A program made the translations under genes and the position numbers. The notes below the pieces were generated by a model. The model was not told where the DNA came from and ran no database searches. It saw only the letters and a list, made by a program, of their open reading frames with translations. Below, in pieces: positions 49,241-59,652 of a DNA stretch of 64,000 bases (the stretch's first letter is position 1; every line of letters starts with the position of its first letter). The stretch covers positions 130,450,001-130,514,000 of the forward strand of contig NC_086097.1 of NCBI RefSeq assembly GCF_963921235.1, in the 5' to 3' direction. The stretch comes from Mobula hypostoma. Taxonomy: Eukaryota.

Positions 49241-51047
49241 AGACAAAGAAAGAAGCTTCCAAGGATTTTATCTTTGAAATCAGAAGCAATTATGAGAGGC
49301 ATAGATAAAGTGGATGGCAACAGCATGATAAGTCCCTTTTTCACCACACTGTCTACCTGTGGTGCCTCACCTGAACTGCAATGATCGAGATTGATATGAA
49401 TAGATTCTTGGGTACAATGGAAAATAAAGGAATTGAGGATTAGAATCAGAAACAGGTCCTTTAGCCCAATGAGTTCATGCCAAACACAGTGCATACCTAG
49501 CTTGTCTCAATTTCCTGTTTTTGTCCCATATCCTCTTAAGCCTTATGTACCTAGCCAAATGTTTCTTAAATGTAGCCTCAACCATCTACTCTGGCAGCTC
49601 GGTCCTTATGTTCACCAACTTTTGCTTGAAAATGTTGCCCCCTCAGATTCCTTTTAAATCTTTCCCCTTTCACCTTAAACCTATGCCTCCTTGTTTTGAA
49701 ATCTCCTACCCTGGGTAAAAAGACTGTTAGCATCCACTTTATCTATGACTCTCGTAATTTTAAACTTTTCTACTGTATAATGTTGCCTCTCATTTTCCTG
49801 TGTTCCAAGGAACGAACACCTAGACTGGCCACTCTCTCCCTGTAACTTAGGCTCTCCAGATCTGGCAACATCCTCATAAATTGTTTCTGCAACCTATCCA
49901 GTTTAATGACATATTTCCTATAAAAGGGTGATCAAAACTGGACACAGTACTCCAAGTGCAGCCTCACTATTGACCGATACAACTGCAACATAATGTCCCA
50001 ACTCCTATACTCAATTCCCTGACTCATGAAGGCCAGCATATGCGCTTGTACTCCAAAAAACCTCCATCCATTATACTCCCAAGTGTCCTACCATTCATAG
50101 TATAACTACTAAGCTGGTTTGACTTTCCAAAGTGAAGACCTCACATCCATCAGTATTGAAATCCATTTGTCACTCCTCAGCCACTTCCTTAACCAATTGT
50201 TCATTTACAATAACCCCCTTCACTGTCAGCAACACCTCCTAATTTCATGTTATCCACAACTTACTGATCAAGCCTTGGCCATTCATATCCAAATCATTTA
50301 TGTAAATAATGAATAACAAGGCTCTCTACAGAGATCCCTGTGGCACACCACTAGACACTGGCCTCCATTCCAAGAACAACCTTCAACAAACACCCTCTCC
50401 TTTCTACTTCTCAGCCAATTTTGAATTCTCCTAACTAGCTCTCCCTGAATTCCGTGGAACCTTACCTTCCAGACCAGGCTACCATACAGGACCTTGTTGA
50501 AGGCCTTGCTAAAGTCAAATAGACAACATCCACTGACCTACCCATAGCTATCTTTTTGGTTATTTCTTTAAAAAAAATAGACGCTAAAATGGCTGAAGCA
50601 GGCTGACCAGCCTGTAGTTCCCTGGCTTGTCCTTGCTACCCTTCTTAAACAAGGAATGAAATTAGCCACCTTCCAGCCTTTCAGAATTTCATCAGTGGCT
50701 AATGATGAAGCAAGTATCTCCACAGGATTCTCCACTATTTTACCTGCAGCCTCCCACAAAGCCTGAGGATACACACATTCAATCTCTGGGGATTTATCCA
50801 ACTGAATGTGCTGCAAGGCTGCAGATTTACCTCTGCTGTAGTAATATGAATATCCTCCAAAACATCTCAACTTGCTTTCCTTAAGTTCTGAGCTACCATG
50901 ATTTTCTCCTCAGTAAACACCAAGGAGAAATATTCATTAAAAATCTCACCCATGTCCTATAGCTTGAGAAATAAGCAGCCCTGCTGATCTTTAATGGGAC
51001 ATACTCTCTCCCTAACCACCCTTTTGACATAGTAACTAAATAACCTC

Positions 51048-51442
51048 TGTAACACGCTGTAAGGTTTCACTGCTAAGGCTAATGTAATGGCTTCTATGCA
51101 ATGTTTTACTGCTAAGGAAATAGTTTCTCTGTAGCAGCAATGTTTGGGTAATGGCTAAAGATAACGGGGCTTTGGAATGCAGGGGTTAGCCAATGAGGAA
51201 ACGTTGTTCTTCCTTGTGCGTCTGGGAGCCGGGTTTTTTTGCTGTCATTCGTCGGGGAGCAATGGAGAGAGAGAGGACGTGAATGGAGAGAGTCAGAAAA
51301 CCACCGGACGGAGTGGACTGAGGAGCGAGGGTCCGAGGGCCGGCTATGCTTGGCGGTCGACAGGAACAAATGAACGAACAGAGCTCCAATGATGCGTAAT
51401 AGACTTTTTCTTTAAAATGGGCCCTTTTACTTGTTATTTTCT
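51048..51442 (+). mobile_element. Probable LTR fragment (5' part)
   Basis: Starts abruptly with TGTAAC inside the CR1, is CpG-rich and has a CCAAT box (agccaatg). Runs into a Rex1 tail; no CA end or TSD seen. Confidence 0.5.
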
Positions 51443-52261
51443 TCAGGAACAGCAAGAAGCCATCAGATTTCTGAATGATCCCTACACACTATTTGGCTCT
51501 CTATTTGGACTATTTTTTTACAAATTTCATTGCAATTTGTAGCAAATTTTACATATTACAATGTACTGTTATGCCAAGCAACAAATCTCACAACATCTGT
51601 CAATGATAATAAACCTGATTCTGACTGACCAGAGTCTTTCTCATCAGCCAAGAGACTGCCTAAACTTGCCAGGTTTACCTTTCATCCTTACAGGAACATG
51701 CTGATCCAGCACATCTGCTAACACACTTTTAAAAGCCCCTTATCCACTACTTTTTCTGTTTCATTCCAAACAGGATTATCCAATTGACTTCTGTCAGATC
51801 CTGTCAAACTCCCTCAAAATTAGCCCTGCTCCAGTTTAGGACTCTTGTCTGTAAGTATCAGTCTGTGAACCTGTCCTATCCTTTACCATTACTATATTAA
51901 AACTGCTCCCTGATTGCCATTTCAGTTACATGTCCTACCTCGTTCCTTAAGAGGAGGACTAGTATTGCACTGTCCTGAGTAAGGCCCGCCAAAAGTGAAT
52001 TGAGGAAACTTTTCTGGACACACTTCACAAATCCTACACCATCCAGGTCCTTAACCTTCTGGGTAGCCCAATCAATACCAGGGAAATTAAAATCTCCCTC
52101 TAATACAACCCTGTAGCATCTGTAACTGGAATATTGAGCTTCTAGTCCTGCCCTTCTCTCAGCCATGTTTCCATTATGAAACATCCCAAACCTGAGAGCT
52201 AATCTATATTCTGAATTCATCTGCCTATTAAACCTTGAAGCAAATGCAGCTTATCTGAGTA

Positions 52262-52639
52262 AGGTGGGGTGGAGATATGTCTCCACCAAAGCAGGTGTAA
52301 GGTGCTCCTTCCTTCTTCTAGCCTGCAGGTGTAGCACCTGTTCAGTTCCCCGATTAGGGTCACATAAAGCCATGGGAGCATGCATGTGGTGGATGGTCAT
52401 ATGAGCAGCTAGGGCATATCACTAGTCTTAGTTATGTGGCCACTGATGACGGACAGACAATCTCTGAAGGGGATTGATATCGGGATTGAAGGGGACTGGG
52501 GTCACCCCTCAAGGAAAGACACCGCCCAGAAGCAGGCGATGGCAAATCACTTCTGTAGATAAAGTTTCCAAGAATAATCATGGTCATGAGACCATGATCA
52601 CCAATGTCATACGACACAGCACAAAACGATAATGATGAA
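52262..52639 (+). mobile_element. RTE/Bov-B-related SINE-like element
   Basis: The 3' part agaagcaggcgatggcaaatcacttctg...ccaagaa...catgg...acgac resembles the Bov-A/Sauria-SINE RTE-derived segment and ends in (GAT)n-like repeats. ctgagta flanks both sides (52255-52261, 52640-52646). Confidence 0.6.
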
Positions 52640-54036
52640 CTGAGTATTCCTTTCTCTGCCTTTACCGTGTCCCTGGCTATACTGATTCCAAGACAGGCTC
52701 TCTTTGGCTATTGCTTTATCTCACTTCTTGCTCCTGCTCTGAGTCCTGCCCCACTGCCAATTTAGTTTAAACCCTCCTGTGTAGCACTACCAAAAGGATG
52801 GAAACAGGAAGAAGTGTGGGATCTGCTATTATCATATTGAATGCAAGTGCAATCTCATGAGATTTGCTTCTATTTGGTACGTTCTAGTAACCTTACAATC
52901 GTCATTCAATTAGTTCAGAGCCTTCAATGCAGAAGGCCAGCATTCTCAGAAGACATTCTAGCCCAAACATTATATATACTATAGATTCATAGTTGCATGA
53001 TCAGTGAGTGGGGTTTTGTAGCAAGCAGTTCACTAAGCTACAGGCAATGTAGATTTATACGAATGATTCAAGGGCAAATACTCTAAACTTAATTATATAT
53101 GCATCACTTCTGATGCAAAATCTCATTCAGCAAAGTGTCATTTCCTTTATTTCATATATCAAATAAAAGTTGTTTCAAATTTACTTCTGTAAAAACCTCT
53201 GTATTTATAACTTAAGAATTTAAATTGAGAAATACATCAATGTGTGATACTGAAACTATATTTAAGGTTTGTGTTTATTAACACGCTCATCAAAGCGATC
53301 AATCGTGCACTGTGATCACAAACTTGAATATATAGCGTGAGGTTCAAAACAAATCTCTTTGTTCTCTGACTTACAAAATACAGTATTCCTAACACTGACC
53401 CTCCACATCTGTGCTGCAGGAATATGAACGTTATCTAATGTCTGATACCTCAGAGACAGCGACTAACAATCTCCAACTCAGAATATATTGCTGCCTCACC
53501 ATACTTGCTCATCAAAAATTATCTTCTCTGTTAGAAGCATGTTTACCACAAACAGGAAGCCGGAGCTTATATTTAAAAAATGAACTCTGAGCTTTCTTTT
53601 CAACAATTTGAACAGCTAATTATTTCTGTTTTTATTGCTGTGCATTTGACTAAACATTATTAATTAATTGATGTTCAGTCAAATGTCAAAATGGTGCAGT
53701 AGGACCCTGGTATGTGGTCTCTTAAATAGTTTGTCTTTTCTCACTCAGTATCAATGACTGAAATGTATATGGTGTCTTCAATGGCTCTCAAAGCACTTCA
53801 CAGGACTGTTACCCAACAACAGGTAGTAATAAGTACAGTGGGAGATCATTAAAAACAAGGCACACTGAAGAAAACCTTACTCAAGGAGGGAATGGAAGTA
53901 AGTACAGTTTTGGGAATGGGGAGTACAGGGGAATGGTGTGGGGGCCGATTCCTGAAGGCATGACTACAACACGACAACAAGATACCTGAATTGGAACGTT
54001 ACAGATACGTCACACCATTTTAATATAAGCAGTTAC

Positions 54037-54169
54037 CATTAGCTGGTAGATAGGAAAAGCGCTGGCTTTGGCTCCTCTTCCGTTTCCCATTGCAGACATA
54101 GAAATACACTTGGACAGGGCTGGTAATGTGCTGGTTCCGATAGGGTGGAATTTCAACAATAAGTGTACT
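54037..54169 (-). CDS. NFATC1: NFATC1 coding exon, 133 nt: [44 protein letters not shown]+G (end of the RHR, includes the KRKR NLS)
   Basis: Not in the ORF track; read by hand. tttgttacAG|AGT ACA CTT...GCT AAT G|GTaact. Contains the NFAT signature [16 protein letters not shown] and the NFATC1-type YLPAN end. Phase 0 in, phase 1 out. Confidence 0.96.
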
Positions 54170-54195
54170 CTGTAACAAATAAATCAAGAAATACT

Positions 54196-55215
54196 TCAAA
54201 GTTCAAAGTAGATTTATTATCAAAATACATATATGTCATCATATACAATCTTCAGATTCATTTTCTTGCAGGCATACTCAATAAATCCAATAACCATAAT
54301 AGAATCAATTAAAGACAGCACCAACAGGGTAGGCAACTAGAGTGCAAATACAAAAAGAAGGAAAAAAAGAAATAACAATAATAATAATAATGATGCAGTT
54401 TAACTCAATCTAATTACTTACACAGGCACAATCAAATGGCAAATATCATTCACCAAAATCTTACTTTAAAATACAAACTCATAAAAGAAATCATACTGGA
54501 CTATAAATACAAGCCTGGTCCAGTTTTATAGTTTAGAGTCCCACAAATTATATTACATCCGTCCATTATTATAGATAGGACAATCTATAATAACTGTCCT
54601 GATATAGTATTACAGGATAAACAAGCAAGAACAACTTACTTAATAGATATAGCCATTCCAAACACATATAACATACAGAAATCAATAAGTGAAAAGCACC
54701 AGAAATATGCTGAATTAAAAGAGGAAACTGAAAGACGATGGAACATGAACAGGGTATACATTGTCCTAATAGTAACATCTACAACTGAAGTAACTACACA
54801 ATAGCATTGAACAATTAGGACTCGACAGCAATATCTATGTAAATCTCCAGTAAGCCACCACCAAGCACCTCTAGAATAGTCCAAAAGTTGCTAGCAATTG
54901 AGAAATGAGTGTGTTTGGCTATGCCTGTACCTCAGGTTTTACCAGCTTGAGCTGAGAAAAAATATATTATAATAATAATAACAATAAATTAAAAAGCAAT
55001 AAATGTAGAAAACATGAGATGAAGAGTCGTTTAAGGTGATTCCATAGATTGTGGGAACAGTTCAGTGATGGGGCAAGTAAAGATGAATGAAGTTATCCTC
55101 TCTGGTTCAAAGGCCTGATGATTGAGGGGTAATAACTGTTCCTGAACCTGGTGATGTGAGTCTTGAGGCTCCTCTACCTTCTTCCTAATGGCAGCAGTGA
55201 AAAGAGAGCATGACT
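54196..55215 (-). mobile_element. Rex1-type 3' fragment hosting the Dong insertion
   Basis: Minus strand catgctctcttttcactgctgccattaggaagaaggtagaggagcc...ttcaggaacag, with the tail gataataaatctactttgaactttgaa. Confidence 0.75.
54391..54962 (+). mobile_element. R4/Dong-clade non-LTR retrotransposon 3' fragment (restriction-like endonuclease domain)
   Basis: Hand translation gives YLHRHNQMANIIHQNL...KYKPGPVL and DRTIYNNCPDIVLQDKQARTTYLIDIAIPNTYNIQKSISEKHQKYAELKEE..RRW, i.e. the RHN, PD..D and EK..KY RLE motifs. Flanked by (TAA)n on both sides. Confidence 0.85.
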
Positions 55216-55354
55216 TGATAAAATATTCAAATGCCAAGAAGGTCTTCTGCAGATTTTGCAGTGAATTAGTGACATGTAACCATGGAAACAGGCCTTTCTG
55301 CTCACTGAGCACATGCCAACTTTCAAGCACCTATCTATCCGTCTATCTATTTAC

Positions 55355-55612
55355 TTACTGACTGAGGTATAGCACAGAATAGGCCCTTCTGGCCCTTTGA
55401 GCCACACTACCCAGTAATCCCCCAATTTAATCCCAGCCTAATCACAGAACAATTTACAATGACCAATTAACCTACCAACGCGTACATCTTTGGAGGAGAC
55501 CATTGCAGTCACAGGGAGAATGTAGCATCACAAGGCAGCACCAGAGATCAGGATGAATTCCAAATCCCTGGAATTGTGAGACAACAGCATTGTGTGCTGT
55601 ACTGCTGTGACC
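55355..55612 (-). mobile_element. V-SINE copy
   Basis: Same tail as 15853-16142 (aggcccttctggccc...ggacaatttacaatgaccaattaaccta). Confidence 0.7.
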
Positions 55613-55664
55613 CAACTTAAGTTTATAAAGTTGGGACTGTAGTATGAAAACTTTCCATCCTGAG

Positions 55665-56097
55665 CAGTAATCTGTACTCACTGGAATTCTGAAGGATGAG
55701 GGGGGATCTCATTGAAATCTTTTGAAAGTTGAAAGACCTAGACAGAGGAGATGTGCAAAGGATGTTTCCCATTCTGGGAGAGTCTAGGGCAAGAGGGCAC
55801 AGCCTCAGGATAGAGGGGTGCCCTTTCAAAACAGAGATGTGGAGAAATTTCTTTAGCCAAAGGGTGGCGAATTTGTGGAATTTGTTGCCAGATGCAGCTG
55901 TGGAGGCCAGATCATTGAGTGTACTTAAGGCAGAGATTGATAAACTCTTGATTGGACATGGCATCAAAGGTTACAGGGAGAAGTTTGGGAACTGGGGTTG
56001 AGGAGGAGATTTAAAAAAAAGGATCAGCCATGATTGAATGGCGGAGCAGACTCGATGGGCCAGATGGCCTAATTCTGCTCCTATGTCTTATGGCCTA
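55665..56097 (+). mobile_element. CR1 LINE 3' end
   Basis: ORF 55729 reads SRARGHSLRIEG...NFFSQRVANLWNLLP. Tail gcctaattctgctcctatgtcttatgg. Confidence 0.9.
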
Positions 56098-56649
56098 ATC
56101 AGTACTGTACAGTGAGTTAACCTACAGTTGCACAATGATGCAGGCACACTAATGAGAGACCCTTGTTTCTAAATGCCCATAAAAAACTGCGACATTCGCA
56201 ATTCCTCTCCATGAATTCTCATAGGGTACCGGTTGATAAATTGTCATGGATATTAAAAAGGAGTTAAAGAAGCAGCCGCGCCTATTTAATCTCACACAGT
56301 GACCAAGGCATCACATGTGAAAGTATGTGCCCTACCCATACAACTCTGCAATCTCAATGCAGAAAGCAAAGCTTCTGCCAAGTATCAGATTAAAAGAGGG
56401 GTTTCCAGGGAGTGAGTGGAAAAGAGATTATCAGAAGGGAAGATCGCTGTGAAGAGAATGGGAAGAGTGAAACAGTGGAAAAGAATCAGGTGGGCAGGAC
56501 AGACAGGGAGAAGATCCAGGAGAGGTAATGGAGATAATCCAAGACCTGCATTCTATTCTTGTTTTCCTTTTGTACTGTATTGATGTACTTATGTATGGAA
56601 TGATCTGTTTTGGGTAGCATGCAAAACAAAATTTTTTACTGTAATTTTT

Positions 56650-56940
56650 AATTTATTTGGAGATACAGTGCAGAGTAGGCCCTTCTGGCCCTTCGAGACA
56701 CTGCTGTCCAGCAACCCCCAATTTAACCTAACCTCGAACCTAAACACAGGACAACATACAATGACCAAATAACCTACGAATCGATCTTTGGACAGTGGGA
56801 GGAAACTAGACTACCCAGTGAATACTCTCACATTCCACAGGGAGGAAGTACTGACTACTTACAGAAGATGCTGGGATTGAACTCTGAACTCCGACACCCC
56901 GAGCTGTAACAGTGTCGCGCTAATTGCTGTGCTACCATGA
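56650..56940 (-). mobile_element. V-SINE copy
   Basis: Head atggtagcacagcaattagcgcgacactgttacagctcggg...ggagttcagagttcaatccc, plus the shared tail. Confidence 0.75.
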
Positions 56941-57266
56941 TGTATGATGGTAAATGTCACGGTTGGAAAGTAATTACCAAGCTCAGAAGCTACTGGAAGG
57001 ATAGCGGACAGTGATTGGAGATCTGAGGTGCAGCCAGTAACAATGAAAAGTTGTAGAAGTAACCAACATGGGGAATGAGTCATACAGCATGGAAACAGGC
57101 GCTCGGCCCAAATAATCCATCCCAACCAAGATTTCGACCTAAGCTAGTCCCACTTTCCCAAATTTAGTCCATATCCCCCAAAACATTTCTTATCCATGTT
57201 CCTTGTAAATGCTGTTAATGTATCTGTCTCGATCACTTTCTCTGGTTGCTCATTCAATGGACTGAC

Positions 57267-57496
57267 TGTAGTGTATTCAATCTTCCAGTCATATTTGAGT
57301 AATATTGTAAACGTATTGTTTGATTAAACATTTCTAGTTGGTTTACATGATCCATTGCAAGTTATAGGTAAGAAGTACCTGAATGGCATATGTCATTACA
57401 CTACCATGTCATATGTGAGCACCTTACTAAAGAAAAACTAAGTAGACACCATTTTTCCAGCTCCTGTGTTCTTTCTTGGAGTTACAAAACATAACA
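57267..57496. mobile_element. Solo LTR, 230 bp
   Basis: TGTagtgt...acataACA ends; 5 bp flanks ctgac/ccgac differ by one CpG-type change. Interrupts a minus-strand CR1 remnant. Confidence 0.7.
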
Positions 57497-58725
57497 CCGA
57501 CTGACCACCCCTTCTGCATGAAAAATTTGCCTTTAAGGTTCCTATTAAATCTCATTCCTCTCACCTTAAACCTATGCCAAGCTGTTCATAATTCCTCAGC
57601 CACTGGAAAAAGATCGTGTGCATTCACCCTACCTGTGCCCTCAGAATTTTAAAACTGTACCTCTATAAGATCACTCCTCAATTTCCTATATTCCTATAAA
57701 AATATCTCAACATGCTCTATCACTTTTCATAATCCAGCTCATTGAGTCTTGGCAACATTCTTGTAAATCTCCTCTGCATTCTTACCATCTTAAGACCATA
57801 AGATATAAGACCAGAAGATATAGGAGCCTTTAGCCTATGAGTCGGCTATGCCATTTTATCATGGCTGATCCATTTCCCTCTCAGGCCCAATCTTAATGGC
57901 ATTTTTCCTTTAGTAGGTTGACTAAAACTGAACACAATATTCCTAAAGCTGCTTCATCAATGTCTTGGATCAAAAATGAATGCTTCAAGATCTCCTGCCA
58001 TAGCCCAGTATAGTCATGGCTTTTAACTAATGGATCTCAAAAGTGAACAGAATTTCATGCATGACATCTTAACAAGCATAATGAGTGGCATCTGACATAA
58101 TTATTGCGCTCAGTGGCCTCTGTACAAAATAGGTTAGAACTAATTAAGTTAACACCCCCTTTTGCAATTTCAATGGAGAAGATGGAAATCAGCTGGAGTG
58201 TACTGAAGCACTTGCAAACAAATCCATAAATTGCATATTAAACTGTGCAGGACATTGCACAGAGTAATGATGGTGATCATCAGACATTATTAAGACAATT
58301 ACTACGACAAACCACAGCGGGTCTGTCATTTTTTTGGTCTAAATCTTCCTTATCTTTTTTCCTAGGGTAGGAATGTTGCTAGAGAACATGCATTTCTACA
58401 TTTTACACCGAGTGTGGTAAATGCTTAGAAAAGGGTGCAGGGAGAAGTGATGGAAGCAGACAAAACTCTGGCATTTAAGACACATGAATATGCAAGGATT
58501 GGAGGAATATCTACAGGCAGAAGAAAACTAGTTTAGTTCGGCATCATGTTTGGTATGAGAATTGTGGGCTGAATGGAATGTTCCTATCCTGTACTGTTCT
58601 ATGTTCTCATAAAATAATCTACTCCTCATGATTCCCAATAGAACGGCTTATTTTGTTCGTTAGTTATGTATTTAAGTCAAAATCTTGATAAATTTTTTTG
58701 GTCGATCAGTTTATAATTAACAGTG

Positions 58726-58890
58726 CAAACAACAGGAATTCTGCAGATGCTGGAAATTCAAGCCACACACATCAAAGTTGCTGGTGCAGTTAGTCCTGAC
58801 GAAGGGTCTTGGCCTGAAACGTCGACTGTACCTCTTCCTAGAGATGCTGCCTGGCCTGCTGCGTTCACCAGCAACTTTGATGTGTGTTGC
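58726..58890. mobile_element. Young inverted-arm PLE mini-insertion carrying a hammerhead ribozyme
   Basis: Reverse arm 58726-58786 (with tail) plus forward arm 58787-58890. Perfect 14 bp TSD tataattaacagtg at 58712-58725 and 58891-58904. Confidence 0.9.
58792..58827 (+). ncRNA. Minimal type I hammerhead ribozyme motif
   Basis: AGUC-CUGACGA-AGG(GUCUUGG)CCU-GAAA-C-GUC/GACU. Full catalytic core, stem I AGUC/GACU, stem II AGG/CCU and a loopless palindromic stem III ACGU. Predicted cleavage after 58823. Confidence 0.85.
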
Positions 58891-59005
58891 TATAATTAAC
58901 AGTGTCTTGGCAGGCTAGGCTGGTGACATGTACTTGGCTTCACTTTTAAAAATAAGGTATTAATATCGATTTCTTTTAAGTGGACACAAGATATGGACAC
59001 TGCCG

Positions 59006-59098
59006 GCAACACACACAAAATGCTGTAAGAACTCAAGAGGTCAGGCAACATCTATGGAAATATATAGTCGATGTTTTGGGCTAAGACCCTTCATCAAG
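59006..59098 (-). mobile_element. PLE terminal repeat with a degenerate hammerhead
   Basis: Minus strand tTGATGA-agggtcttagccc-aAAA-cATC-gact...gatgttgcctgacc...cagcattttgtgtgtgttgc. Confidence 0.75.
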
Positions 59099-59109
59099 GG
59101 GGGCAGGGG

Positions 59110-59652
59110 TAGACCACTCTTCAAGTATTGTGAATAGTTTTGGGCCCCTGATCTAAGAAAGGATGCGCTGTCTTGGAGAGGGTCCAGAAGAGGTTCACAA
59201 AAATTATCCTGGGAATGAAAGGGTTAACATATGAAGAGCTTTTTATGGCTCTGGTCCTGTACTCACTGGAATTTGGAAGAATGAGGGGGATCTCACTGAA
59301 ACTTATTGAATATTGAAAGGCCTAGGCAGAGTGGATGCAGAGAGGATATTTTCTATACTGGAGGACCAGAAGCCACAGACTCAGAATACAACCATGTCCC
59401 TTTAGACTAGAGATGAGGAGGAATGTGGTGAGTCTGTGGGATTCAATGCCACAGACAGCTGTGGAAGCCAAGCTAATGGGTATATTGAAAGCGGAGAGTG
59501 ATAGGTTCTTGATTAGTATGGGCTTCAAAGGTCACAGGGAGAAAGCAGGAGAATGGGGTTGCGAGGGATAATAAATCAGCCATGGTAAAATGACAGAACA
59601 GACTCAATGAGCCAAATCGCCCAATTCCGCTCCTGTGATTCATGCTCTTATG
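59110..59652 (+). mobile_element. CR1 LINE 3' fragment
   Basis: LERVQKRFTKIILGMKGLTYEE..MALVLYSLEFGRMRGDL, followed by the CR1 tail. Confidence 0.85.

Larger units (their letters stand above)
49440..52790 (-). mobile_element. Degenerate CR1-clade LINE with nested insertions
   Basis: ORF 51897..52220 GDFNFPGIDW...FVKCVQ..FL...AILVLLL.NE.G (APE) and ORF 50568..50870 DKSP...YPQALWEA...WKVAN (RT region). Interrupted at 51048-51625 and 52262-52639. Confidence 0.8.

Noticed and set aside
52441..52470. CTGATGA suggesting another hammerhead
   Set aside because: No downstream GAAA with compatible stems.
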